DNA of 63,582 bases, filler included, from Choristocarpus tenellus KU-1152 (taxonomy: Eukaryota; Protista; Phaeophyceae), in NCBI GenBank assembly GCA_964200185.2. It is 12 parts of 12 records of this genome, joined end to end, with 100 filler letters (N's around TTAATTAATTAA, not from the genome) between each part and the next. Parts side by side here need not be neighbours in the genome. Positions count along the whole stretch, not along the records: positions 25,253 to 27,769 come from CAXNAD020027148.1; positions 27,870 to 32,393 come from CAXNAD020014162.1; positions 32,494 to 35,021 come from CAXNAD020027034.1; positions 35,122 to 42,532 come from CAXNAD020006195.1; 8 more parts are not named here. One strand, given 5' to 3'. The position numbers and the translations under genes were made by a program. Every line of letters begins with the position of its first letter. The stretch's first letter is position 1. This document shows, piece by piece, positions 27,700-40,137 of the stretch. The notes below the pieces were generated by a model. That model was given only the letters and a program-made list of their open reading frames with translations. It ran no database searches and was not told the origin of the DNA.

Positions 27700-27769
27700 G
27701 GCTCAAAGTATCTGGGAGGGGGTGGCGGCTGTCCATTTGGGGTCCATTTTTTCATGTCGCGATTTTTGG
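27700..27769 (-). mobile_element. MITE family B, truncated by gap
   Basis: ggctcaaagtatctgggagggggtggcggctgtccatttgggg. Confidence 0.85.
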
Positions 27770-27869
27770 NNNNNNNNNNNNNNNNNNNNNNNNNNNNNNN
27801 NNNNNNNNNNNNNTTAATTAATTAANNNNNNNNNNNNNNNNNNNNNNNNNNNNNNNNNNNNNNNNNNNN

Positions 27870-28211
27870 CAACCTCCCCAATCATGGACACAGATGACAA
27901 AGACCAAGCGATCACACCCTTGCTACAGGGAGGGTGAGTATTAAAGTTGGGAGGGGCAAGGAAAGGGCCGCACCGTTTGTTTCATGTGTGGCAAAGATAG
28001 TCATACGAAATATGACTGCCCAAACCTCAGTTGGACCAGGGACGCTGGTGCCAGGACTAAATGTAGAGGACGCAACGTCACAGTGGAAGGTGCACCAGGT
28101 GCACTGGGATGGGTCACAAATAGAGTGAGTGCCCCCCTGGCTATTCAAGCCAGGGAGAGGACAAGAAGATATTCTGGATTGAGGGCTACCAAGGGAGCGC
28201 ATCTGGTATAA
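27870..28211 (+). pseudogene. retroelement Gag fragment with CCHC zinc knuckle
   Basis: RGQGKGRTVCFMCGKDSHTKYDCP fits C-x2-C-x4-H-x4-C. Confidence 0.7.
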
Positions 28212-30020
28212 ACCGCAACTCCCTTTCCCCTACATGAATCCATATGAAGAGATGAAAAGACGTTACAAAAAAAGATAAAACACATGTAGAAATACATGCA
28301 CCGAGAGGTTGAACATGTGTCCATATACATATCACGAATGAGAGTCGGGGAATTAATGACAAGTTTTCACATAGCATTCGTACCCAACAAGTGATGCAAG
28401 ATTTTCGGACACCCATTTTTTGTTTACAAATTTAACATGTTCGGAAAAAAAAACTGTTGCAAACAGCATCAGTATGATCACTGCCATACCATCCCTGTAT
28501 ACGGTAGGCCATTGGGCAACATAGAAAAAAAAAAAACGATCTAAGCTTATCTCCGGCAACTGTCCAACTAGAAACAGTGGATGGGTTCCATTTCTGGAAA
28601 AAATTAAAAAAGGGAAGAAGCCCCAGAGCAACCGCAACGGAAGAAAAAAATAGACTCTTGTCCACACCAAGACCCGTGTCTTAAAAGGTGCAGACAATAT
28701 CCTTGTAACGCTCTCAACATCGCCATTAGTCACCCTTTTCGACCTGTTAGTGTACAATATATACGTGGACCCAACCTACTGGACCTGTCCATCCGACTTC
28801 ACCTGACCCTCAACTGAACCTGCTAAAAAAAACACACACACACACACACACACACAGGGATCAGACCAGCCCACAGACCAGACCACACAAAGTGTAATGA
28901 CCATGAACCGACCATATTTCAAAAAGTACCGAAATCAAACCTAACGGTGGACCACACTGTCACGATACTTGGTGGAACCGGTCCAGACAAGTCAGAAAAT
29001 ATTAGAACAAGATCAGCAAGGGAAAAAAAAGAGCAAGGGCTCGAGATTCTTTGGGGGGGGGGGACAAAGGTACCAAGATCTCCATGTATGATGTAGTGCT
29101 AGCAAATCAAATCTGTACAAACGTGGTCTTGTTTGCCAAACAAATGACATACTTGAAACAATGTTATGTTCAAGTTTCCAAGGTTAAAACACCTCCACAG
29201 AAGATAGATAGGCATGCCACACCCTGTGCTCTGGATACACAGTTCTCGAGTCTCATTCTCAAGGTAAGGCAGAGCAATGGGGACAGGAGGAAATTTTATC
29301 ACTTGGACATAAAAATTGCTATGGTGAAATGGTACTATCAAGTAATCACTTTCTCTCCCTCGGAAAACATGATTACATGGTTCGGATATGTACGTATATG
29401 TATTGAGAAAAGTAAGGTCAAGTGCATGTACACAAAAACATGTATCAAAATCTCCCCATTGTTGTACAATCATGTACACGCACACATTTAAACAAAAAAA
29501 AACGGTAGAAGAGTGTATGGGCAGGCTGTACAGATAAGACCCTCTCTCCCTCTCTGTGGGCTCCATGCACTTCATCAGGACCAGGCTTGGACAAAAGAGA
29601 CAATTGTCTCCCTACTGATACCCATCGCCGTTCCTCTCTCACACCACAAGTGTGTCAAACATAACAAATTAGTCTATGGGGAACATATTCAAACAGAAGA
29701 CTACTAAAACGTAGCCATAAAATACACAAGGGACCCCACCGTCTTATCTCTATGCAGTCGTTTGTTCTGTTCATTCTTAGTATATCTGGATCCATTTTAA
29801 CCTATGCCTTCAAACCAGCACACAGTTGTTCACAGATGTACCTCCTCTCTATCAAATCCAGAATCGGATACTATCATGCAAAATCGCAGGCTTGGTGTTG
29901 TACTTGTTCAACATAATATCTACACACTTACAGATACATCTCTACAGATAGTGTGTATGCCTTTCTAGGAATAGAGACGTAAGATGTTCAAAATCAAAGG
30001 TCTAGGCCTAATGTTCTCAC

Positions 30021-31687
30021 CTTGAAGCGTGCAGCCAGCGGAGCCAGTCCTGAGAATATCTCCCTCAATTTGGCCATACCCGACATCCCACCAGCTTTAA
30101 GTGCAGATTCTGCAGATCTAGTTACATCCAAACGTGCCTCCCTAGCCCCCTTCAGGGCCAGCAATGTCTCAGACCTCCTGTGATACGCCAGGGTTCCAGG
30201 GTCATGGCACATGTTAAGGGAGATCTAGGGGAACTGTCATCTGTATAAATGGGAAAATGAGGAGGATGATGAGTGACCAAAAAAAAAACATATCTTTCCA
30301 TGTGTTTCGCACACAGGCTGTTAGTATTTAAGAAAATGCCTAATCCAATTAAATTAGAATTCCAGTTGTGTATTGAAGGGAGAGGGGCTGGAGAAGAAAT
30401 TAGGAGCCTCCAGGAATTAGAGCTGATCAGTCGTTACTCTAGACCCCTTAACTGGTAAATACTAAACACAGTTGTAGCAGGGACACATGAAACAGATCTA
30501 GTCAAGAGAAAAGGAAAATCCAGGGGTTTGCATAGGCGCTCTCCATGGGGGTACACAAAACAAAAAAAAACTTCGCAGACTGACTAATCAGGCAGATCAT
30601 CAACAGTCGTTGATCACAAGATCACAAGAAGACTCAACTAGCCGAACTATGTGCAATAAAGAGGTATCACAACGTAATGACTGAGAAAGTAATTGGCCGG
30701 TGCAGGTGTGGACACACGGACCTCCACCTGCCCGAAAGATTTAGTAGAGGTTGGAGACCTTGAAATGAGCTACAGAGGCGAACGAGGAGCTCACAGGCGG
30801 TGTAACCTCTGGAGTCTGGCAGTAGCCACTTGCTCTGCTTTGTTGTGCTGATCCAGCTCAATTTTATTCACCCTCTCCCACAGGACCCCTCCAAGGATTG
30901 AAGCAATACCCAAGTTTCCTTCGTCCGCTCGCGCACCTAACGTTTCAGTGGGCATAACGTGGGAAGTTATAAAAGCCTTCCTTGTCAGTTGCGCCCTCAC
31001 TTCACGGGCACGCCGCCTTCCCCTGTAAACACTCCCCAGTCTGTTAGGGAGTACCCCAAATGAGGGTCCCCACGACCCCTGTCGAAAAACTGGAGCATGC
31101 CTATCCTGGTTCATGATATCCCCACTCTTAGTCTCTTCATTCTTGGAGTTGAGAGTGGTGGGGACCGCAGGGAACATCGACTCTACAAATCTTGATCCAC
31201 CACCTCGTTGTCTCTTCACAGAGGTCTGCTCTGAAAGTGACTCAGCATACGAAGATCCCACAATAGGCGATGTGGGAGGTCCGGAAACGGGGTCATTGGA
31301 TTGGTTGGTCACGCAAGAACTGTCTCGAGACGGACTTCTTGGGATGACGGGATCACGAGGTCGCCTACCCAAGGTCGAGACTGCTGATTTCCAACCTTCC
31401 GGGGGCATAGGACGTAAGGTACCCCATGGATTAATGAGTGCACGGACTCGTCGAGGTGTAGATTCTTCAGCGTGTGCTCGAACTTCGCTTGTTCCTGGAT
31501 CCTGACTTCCAAGATGGTCTGTTGACTGGTGTGAGAGGGTTTGCAAGACCTCGTGGCCCGTCGCAGTCAAATCAGCCACGGATTCCACGTTTTCCGTACT
31601 ATTTGGTGGGGGTGTTGCCTCATTTTGAAGAGGTCTGGCACCCCAGATTTGTCCCGATAGCCCAAACAGCCTCATTTCGAACGACAA
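30021..31687 (-). CDS. partial gene of unknown function (large Ser/Pro/Arg-rich exon plus a 204-nt exon)
   Basis: A 298-codon open frame with a phase-0 GT donor after VLWER (30872). Exon 30224-30021 has AG/GT borders in phase 0 (ISLNMCHDPGTLAYHRRSETLLALKG...ARFK). No recognisable domain. Confidence 0.4.
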
Positions 31688-31974
31688 ACTCTTTCTCCAC
31701 TACTACTATTGATCAACAACTACCAATACCGTTCTACAGTAGTGTGTAGAGTACGAAGAGATAAATTAGAGGACATCAGACAAAGAGAGGTATACCGTTT
31801 ACAGGGACAACAATAATAATTCTTTCACAAATGTAAATGTTTGGAGGTGTATCGATATAAGAGAGGTTGAGCCAAGAAAAAATGGGATATAAGAGGGTAA
31901 ATTGTCTTGTCACGACTTTTCAGAGTATAAGAGAGGTTTCGGCATTTTCCTCCCAATTCTCTTAAATTAACATT

Positions 31975-32046
31975 GATCATGCCCTCCTATCATTTTGGGA
32001 TGTGTCAGAGGAAAAACCAATGAGAACTATTCACATGTCAGAAAAA
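31975..32046 (-). mobile_element. family D arm, truncated
   Basis: Reverse complement of the left arm at 25731-25805. Confidence 0.7.
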
Positions 32047-32154
32047 CACGAGTCCTCCAGCCAGTGACACCACGACATCGAGGCGCCACGATAACAAAAC
32101 AAGGGCAAGGGGAAGGTCCTGCCAAATAAATCTACGGAGAAAGTCGCGTCCTGA

Positions 32155-32393
32155 AATCCTCGTGGTGCCGAGAATCATAAACGCCTGAGCTTTGCAGAGA
32201 AGGTGGAAGCGTTGACACTCCTGAAGACCATGACGGGAACCGTGGTTGCTCAAAGGTTTGGAATCGGTCACAACACCCTCTACAAGTTGAAGAGGGAGGC
32301 AAGAACCATCAAGGAGAAAGCGCGGGACTATGAGGATGGGTTTTTTGCGAAAACGGTCTTTAAAAAGTACCCTGAGGTTTTTTTTTTCCGACT
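32155..32393 (+). pseudogene. pogo/Tigger-like transposase N-terminal HTH (CENP-B/psq type) fragment
   Basis: HKRLSFAEKVEALTLLKTMTGTVVAQRFGIGHNTLYKLKREARTIKEK fits the psq/CENP-B_N pattern. There is an in-frame stop upstream and the fragment is cut by the gap. Confidence 0.65.
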
Positions 32394-32493
32394 NNNNNNN
32401 NNNNNNNNNNNNNNNNNNNNNNNNNNNNNNNNNNNNNTTAATTAATTAANNNNNNNNNNNNNNNNNNNNNNNNNNNNNNNNNNNNNNNNNNNN

Positions 32494-32523
32494 CCCCCCC
32501 TCCCCCCCCAGATACTTTGACCC
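32494..32523 (+). mobile_element. family C right terminus at contig start
   Basis: C-tract followed by agatactttgaccc. Confidence 0.8.
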
Positions 32524-33106
32524 TCTATTCTGCTCATAAAACGTGAAAAAAAATATCAAAATTACTTTAACATGTGCACTTCTCAGTTAGTATGACCTGT
32601 AGTGAGAATATGCAGAGTAGTAGCCTTACAGAAGCATTCTCTCTAGAGCTCAAAATGGGATAGCTACAGGTGGAATGTTTCCGAAACACATGTCATCCAC
32701 ATCATTCTTGTACCTGCAAGGCGAACACATATCAGCAGTCATCGTTGCACAAACAAGTGGAGAAAGAGGTACTGTCAAACAAATATATCTCAACTGCCTG
32801 ATTTGGTTCACACTGGTAACCTGGAAAAACAAAATGAGATAGAAGAAGACTATTGGCCTTGTTATTCAAGCTTTAAATGGAAGGAGCAAGTATTTCTCAA
32901 GTAATGAACATCGTGATGGGTAGATTATTTGAGTACATCACAACTTATGATTTTACAGGAACAAGTAGGTATCTAGCATATACTGCGGTAGACCAATCAA
33001 TAATCTGACCAGGCAATGTTGGAAATGCTAAAAAATCGACAATTCTTCGCTCCAATTCTCATCACAGGAGATCATCACAAACATCACTTTGTGTGATGTG
33101 CGATAT

Positions 33107-33364
33107 GAGTGAAAGTATCTTAGAGGGGACGAGTTTTGCTCTGTTTGTCCATTTGGGGCTTGGCTTTCGATGGGTTTCTTTATTACATTTTCCTGCTCCA
33201 AAATGTTTCGAGTAGGTAAAATATTTACATTTTGAAAAGGTGTGTCCGGAACAAGGATTTTGACACTTCCTAACAAATAAGATACCCAAAATTACATCAA
33301 AATCGTAACATTGAATGTTTGCCCCCAGATGGACGCAGCCCTACCCTCTAAGACACTTTGGCTC
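33107..33364 (-). mobile_element. MITE family A, intact (258 bp), TSD ATAT
   Basis: TIRs gagtgaaagtatcttagaggg...ccctctaagacactttggctc, flanked on both sides by atat. Confidence 0.93.
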
Positions 33365-34970
33365 ATATCTTGGTGAAAATCTCTCTAAAAACAAATCCTA
33401 CAAGCAGGGCAATAAAAAAGTTATGCAAGTGTGACAAAGACTGAGGAAAGGGACAGGTGGGGTAGATTGTTGTCTACATGACCTGTGTTCTCGACAGTTG
33501 CTTGGTGCACTTGCTGGGAGAACTATTGTACTTGAAATATGTACTCTTCAAGACGACTTGTTCAAGCAACATGACTGGTCACAATTGTTGTAGCAGCTTT
33601 CACAGCACCTATTCCTCACCATGAGACAGCCCTGCTCGAGGTATTTGTTTGCAAGTATTCCCACACTGTTGCTTGCAAGTCCTGGAACTCTGCTAGATCG
33701 GCATCCAAACCAGGACCATACTCTTTCAGGTGCTGTGAAGTTGAACAGACAAAAAACATTCAATCGTGAAAACAGGAGAAATAAGGGACTGTGCACTAAT
33801 CAGAAGATTCAAACAGACCTTTAGAGGTGGGGAAGCGTCTAAGAAGGATATGTGCAACATTCTTGGGTAGAAGGGGCAATTTCAAATTGTTGAATGAAGG
33901 TGGATAAAATATATTTGTCAGTTGGAAACTCTCCTCCTGTAGTGGTATCCTGCTAGAACTATGGTGCATTCTGTGCATTGAATGAACTTGACAACATAAA
34001 AGAAATCTCCCACCCTTCAGAGTGAGGCAGCAGGAGACAGGGGGATAGAACCAGCACTCTCTTGTACGAACACACACACAGCCCACTGCAACAGTGAGTG
34101 ATAGAGAGGCCCATTTTCGCACCCTCTCAAACTGAACAGCAGCAGCATCGTACAGGATGGCATCTAGCATGGTGTGCTGCACAATATTGTTTAGAGTCTG
34201 CCAGCAGGGTAGTCGAATTAAGGGCGAAGGATTGAGTGGGTGGGTAGGGAAGGGATGGTATCAATGGGATGAGGTCTTCGGTCAAGAGAAGGTAGAGCAC
34301 AGAGCGAGACAAATTGCAAGAATGGAAACACTTAGTGAAGGTTCAAACAAGACAACCAAAACGTGCTCGTGGATGAATGATGTTTACAACAAGGTGATGA
34401 GCTATGCATTTTTACTACCATTCAGTGTGCACTCCAAAGTATTTGCTTGCCAGTCAAACATAACTATAGCATTACCACTGTGAAGGTCTAAATTATATTT
34501 AGAATGCAAGTGATGCACACACGAGTTTGGTCATAAAGTTGCATGTCCTGAACATGGGAAAAATGATACCGAATATAGGACAGAGCTCTCCTTTGTCACA
34601 GTGTGTAACGACCTGCAAGGAGCATGCAACAAGAAAACAATATTACGTTTATTCAACCAGTTCCAGCAAGAATTGGGTGTCTGGATGTACAAAATATACA
34701 GCAACACATTGTCGTATACTATAACCAATGTTTATATATGTGGTCGTCTCTTTGCACAGGCCCAGCACTAATTCTGGGATTCATGCTTTCCTTACAGCAA
34801 AATACCAAACATGGATGGATGAGTATGGTTTTACGTCCAACATTATGATCAATTCGACATATGATGTTAACAGCTTTTGGCACTGGCATACAAGTGCTGT
34901 GACAATGAGTTGTGCCCCTATCTTGGACACAAAGCTCAACTTTGATACAAACAAGAACAGAGAAAGTATT

Positions 34971-35165
34971 GGGTCAAAGTATCTGGGGGGGGGGGGGGGG
35001 GGGGGGGGGGTGGGGGGGGGGNNNNNNNNNNNNNNNNNNNNNNNNNNNNNNNNNNNNNNNNNNNNTTAATTAATTAANNNNNNNNNNNNNNNNNNNNNNN
35101 NNNNNNNNNNNNNNNNNNNNNTGACCGTCCCCCCCCCCCCCCCCCCCCCCCAGATACTTGGAACC
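34971..35165. mobile_element. MITE termini on both sides of a spacer
   Basis: gggtcaaagtatct plus G-tract before the gap; C-tract plus agatacttggaacc after it. No matching TSD. Confidence 0.7.
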
Positions 35166-35314
35166 TTTCTTCTTCGATAATTCTACGAATAGTCGCCCAA
35201 CCTGCACAGTAGTAGCAAATGAGATACAAGAGTAAGTTAGCATCTTCGCTCAACAGCGTTCTCGTCTCATGTTCGCCTGAGTGCATGTAGTTAGGGTTAG
35301 GATTTCCCATATCA

Positions 35315-35520
35315 GGTGAGTATTTCTGTTGACAAAGTACATAGAAACGAACATCAGGTCAGGTGTAGGGATCAAGCACACTAAATGACAGTATTGCAAG
35401 GGATACCCAGGAGAGGAAGAAAGAGCACATTGGACACACATGTGTCTGAGGAACAGACACAAACACAGCAACACAAAAGGAGAGCACACCACACCCACCT
35501 TGGTCCCTCTAATTCCATTG
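35315..35520. repeat. diverged dispersed repeat (family F), second copy at about 37740-37930
   Basis: caagggatacccaggagaggaagaaagagca versus caagggatgcccaggagaggacgaaaaagca, with colinear flanks. Confidence 0.55.
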
Positions 35521-36412
35521 ATCAGTGTGTGGGTCTTGCGACTCCCACTGTCAGTGTTTTCCATGCGTTGGAATGTACAATGAAGGGGAGTCCTTATTCG
35601 CATGTGCCAACATACATCATGAACGGCACTGTCACGTTGTCCATTTCTATTTTTGTTGGTAGGTTACAATAAAAGTAGTTTGCATGGGAACGATTCCAGA
35701 CAAACTCTATTTACCAAAATATTATTCATTTCCTTCACTCTACATCTGGGGACTATCCGTAGTCGGAGGCACTATGCATTGCGCTATTTATAATAAAATT
35801 TAGTGTTAGTAACCTTTCTCATTGTTGTACCTGACACCACTTTCGCCTCGCTTTTCACTTGTTGGGTGCAGTCTCATCTCAACTCCCATCGCTTCATCTC
35901 TTTTCTCGAATCGTGTGCTGCATTCGACTATGTGCTGCCCGGAAATGAATCCTTGCCACCTCGTTCTTTGTCATGCATTTTAATGGCATACGGGGGAGCG
36001 AGACAGATATAAGATAGTACAAGTAGTGCTTGCCAGCGGGACTTAGTACACTTTTGGAATGCAGGATTCCGCCAAAAGAAGGTTGACACTGATTGGGATT
36101 GGAACCCATGGAATTCATGCAGGGAACATCCTCCTTGACAACCGAACCGTAAGGACGATACCTCTGGGATACCAATGTCATGGAAAAGTATACACATCTC
36201 ATAGCTCGTTGTGCAATTTAGGACATGACAACGTGCTACTTAGGTATCTTACCCAACCCAGCAATGACAGTAACAGCAATTTCGTTTGATGGTCCTCAAT
36301 GAACACGGCCCTGATGGGATTTTTATCAATTCTGCTCCGCTTCAAAATAATTACAATACTCCTCCACCTCAGCACATAAAATAAGATTGTTCGTATAGTA
36401 TATATGGCTACT

Positions 36413-36673
36413 GAGCCAAAGTATCTTAGAGGGTAGAGCCGTGTCCATTTGAGGGCCAAAATCCAATGTTGTGATTTTGATGTAATTTTGGCTATCGTGT
36501 TTGTTAGGAAGTGTCAATATATCCTTGTTCAAGACACACCTTTTCATAACTTATACATATTACCTACTCCGAAATATTTTGGACAAGAAAAATGTCATAA
36601 AAAACCCCGAGGGAAGCCAAGCCCCGAACGGAAAATCAGGGAAAAACTCATAACCTCTAAGATACTTTCACTC
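36413..36673 (+). mobile_element. MITE family A, intact, TSD TACT
   Basis: gagccaaagtatcttagagg...cctctaagatactttcactc, flanked by tact. Confidence 0.93.
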
Positions 36674-36806
36674 TACTACTAGGTGCAAAGTCATTTGTAT
36701 TTGTAAATATTTTCAGATGCCCCCCCTTCCCATCTACTCTGCAGTCCAACAAATTTTGTTAACAAAATACGAAGGTGGTGGTTGACCCAGATGTGATCTA
36801 TTTTCA

Positions 36807-37083
36807 GAGCCAAAGTATCTTAGAGGGTACAGCCGCGTCCATTTGGAGGACAAAGTCCAATGTTGCAATTTTGATGTAATTNNNNNNNNTGATGTAATTT
36901 TGGCTATTGTGTGTGTTAGGAAGTGTCAATATCGATGTTCTGGACACACCTTCTAATAACACACACATTTTACACACTCCGAAACATTTTGGAGTAGGAA
37001 AATGTCATTAAAAAAACCATGGGAAGCCAAGATCCAAGTGGACAAACAGGGCAAAAATCGTACCCTCTAAGATACTTTCACTC
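36807..37083 (+). mobile_element. MITE family A, intact, TSD TTCA (small internal N gap)
   Basis: Same TIRs, flanked by ttca. Confidence 0.92.
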
Positions 37084-38969
37084 TTCATCTTGTCAGGGCC
37101 CTGGCCTGTGATGCCTTCATAGACATAAGGTTTCTCTGTTCGTCACTTTGAAGGTCTAAGTTATGCATAAGACCCATAGCTACGCATGTACGTTTAGCTC
37201 CACGATCAAATTTGCTCCAGCAAGCAGAGTCCCCCACTGGCATAGCCCACACCTTCTATACAGGCACAGCTCATCCTTCTACCCACGAACATAACCCCCC
37301 TATGCCTTTCTCCAGGGACTACTGGAGCACTGTGGTTGCTACCTGGTGTGCTTTTCCCTCCTCTGTTCCCCCAGGTACACACCACGAAACTCTCCCCTCG
37401 TTCCTTTCCTCCTGGTGCTGCTCCAGCACTGTGGGTGCTTAGTGGCGGAGGTTCCTTCTCTTTTCCTTCCAGTACAATCCCCACGGACTTATCCAGTCAA
37501 ACCACCCCTCTGTTCCTTTTCTCCTGGGGCCGCAAGAGCATAGTGGCTAGTACCTGATGAAACTCCCCCTCCTCTTTTCCTCCCAAGTTCCACCCCCTCC
37601 CCCTGTTACTCACACACAGTCTTGCACCCTGCACTCTCTAGTACCCCATTCTGGCCGTAGAACATCTGGTTGCGGTTGTTGCAAGTGAATCACAGGTGTA
37701 CTCAACAGGACACAGTGTTGTGGTAGCATGTTGTTTGAGTGTAGGTATTTCTCTACACGAGTGGGATACTCTAAACAGCGAGGTGATTGCGATGTGAAAT
37801 ACAGGCGACAAGCACAGAAGAGGGCGTAATGTTGCCAAGGGATGCCCAGGAGAGGACGAAAAAGCATAATTCGCAACACAAATGCAGCGTAGACCACACT
37901 CCCAACTTCGTCCCTTTGGTTAAGTCGATTTTAGTGTGGATCTCACACCTCTCATAAGCCAATGTTTCCATGGGTAGGAAGTCATTTCCCCCATATGCAC
38001 ACACAGACTTTGAACGGCACTGTGTTAAATTATTAGGAATACTTCCTATAAATAGTAGGATGAGCATTTGTGATAGAAAACAAGCATACCTCGAGACAAG
38101 ATCCAGAACGTTACGATATCTGTATTATTTTGTAGGTGGAAACCCCACGCACCCGAATTCACAAACAAGGAACAGAATTCTATGTGATGGCGTCCACAAA
38201 GCATGAAAACAACAAAATCTATACACACCTTCTGAGCAAACTAGGCCAGCGAGTTGCTCAAGGCAAGACACTCGTGCTGCATACAGTTGAGTTCCAGGAC
38301 ACCAAAGTGGCATGGGGCGCCATAACCCCACAAAAATTGAAACAACAAACACAGCCAACTCACTCAGCCAGAAGTTGTAGTCCGCCATCAGTCCCAACAC
38401 AGAGAGGCATATATTTTTTTGTGGGAACTGATACTTCAATGCCCACCTGCAATGATACTGATGACAGAGCCCTTCTCGGCCAGAGCAATCCACTCAAACA
38501 TGTAGAACAAACTTATAGCAAGAAATTGCCCCCAGAACAGATCAGCACCACCTCATCATATAACACCAATCCCAGACCATTGAGATATTTTTTCTCCATG
38601 CAATACATAGGCACATCTCTGCAAGCACGGGCAAATACTTTGAAGTGCGATCGTACAATACATTCACTGACCAACTTCCAAATCCGCTCGTGTACATCAC
38701 GCACACGAACCCACCGCTCACACATACGCACGCACGTCTTGATCTGAGAGTAGTTTGTAAGGCTCTGTAGAGCCCCATCTGCCACTGTCTACGTTGTGAG
38801 ATAACCAAGCTTCAAGTATCGCATGCCCAAGTCATTCGTCGTATCAGAAGAGAAAGTTCACAGGGTAAATGCAATATGCTCACATCGATGTCCACAGACG
38901 CTATACAGATTGACCACCGCAACGATTACCCCAGTAGAACTACGCAAATAAAGACTCAGCTTGAGGAGA

Positions 38970-40137
38970 TCATCTCAGGCTGATGTGAGTATTGTCCACC
39001 ACTTCTGGATCATCCCCTCCTCTACGCTGCTCATTCATTTCGTTCTCCTCCCAATCACCTTCTTTTCCCTTCAGATGCCAATAATCCTGCTCGAGGCGGG
39101 CTGAATCCACGTCCATGTCGGTAGTGGAAGAGGTGTGTCCACTGATACCATCATTGTCGTCTCCTGCACCACCATCCCTGTCACTGTTCCCTGTTGTCGG
39201 AGAGTTTGGAGGCACTATGGGGATATCAAGAGGGGGGTTGATAGGCTCTGGCTCCACCTTTGGCAACACCAGAGTTAGAACTCCGTCCTCCAAGGTCCCC
39301 CTGATTCGGGTCGAGTCCACCCCAGGTCCAATGATGAACAGAAGCTCGAAGCGTTTTTCCTTGATCCTCTCATCGATGTGCTCCTCAGCCTCACCTCGAA
39401 CCCCCTCGTCATCTTTCCCATTCTGCTGTTCCTGCGACTGCTGCTGCCCCTCATGGTAGTAGAGTTCGTGTGTCCGTACCGCTGACACCTTCAGAATCTT
39501 TCGCACACCTTCTTGGAGGATCTGGGCATCAACCTGGTCCTCCTTGGATCCAGGGACATCCACCGACAGGATGAAGGATGACTGAGACTCCCGTACTTCA
39601 TAGTGGGGGGTACGGATCGCAGCTGAAGAGTCATCATCCGTGACTCCTCCTGTCAGATCGCCACAAGATCAAGACAAAAAATGGAGGGAGATCATTTTAT
39701 CACCTTTCAGGAAAGGCGTGAAATAGTGAAAGATAATCCGGTCAATAGCGCTGCCGTCACTGAGGAACAGCTTAACACTTGGAAGTTAGGATCTCAAAGA
39801 CAATCTTCTCTATGCAGCCTAACTTCTCCACTACCTACTACTCACCCATCATGCTTCGTCGTATATCAGCGATAGCGTCGTTGACAACAGATGCACTTAG
39901 GTGGAAGAGCGAAGTTGCCATTGTTGCAGGTGTTGATGGTGCGTTGAATGCCCAATGGGGCCTCCTAGGTTGCCCTGGAAGGTAGGAAAAAGGCCAGCGG
40001 TCGTGACGACGACATCGCTTATGCAAAACGCAGGAAGATGCTTCGCTGGGTGCTGGCAAGAGAACGAGCTGAAGAAACATGAGGCACGGAAGAACGACCC
40101 GTAAGTCACTTCTCCAATACAAGTCTTTGGAAGTCAT
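38970..40137 (-). CDS. small heat-shock protein (HSP20/alpha-crystallin domain) with signal-peptide-like N-terminus; 2 exons, about 323 aa
   Basis: Exons 40137-39846 and 39649-38970 are joined by a phase-1 GT-AG intron. Domain motifs: YEVRESQSSFILSVDVPG, ILKVSAVR, FELLFII...VDSTRIRGTLEDGVLTLVLPK, and a C-terminal IPI. The start codon is uncertain (40137 or 40080). Confidence 0.88.

Noticed and set aside
33550-34350. Possible MULE transposase remnant
   Set aside because: Only vague resemblance; no catalytic or SWIM motif could be reconstructed.
38136-38747. 203-aa plus-strand ORF
   Set aside because: It lies antisense to the likely sHSP 3'UTR, starts at a non-ATG codon and has no domain features.
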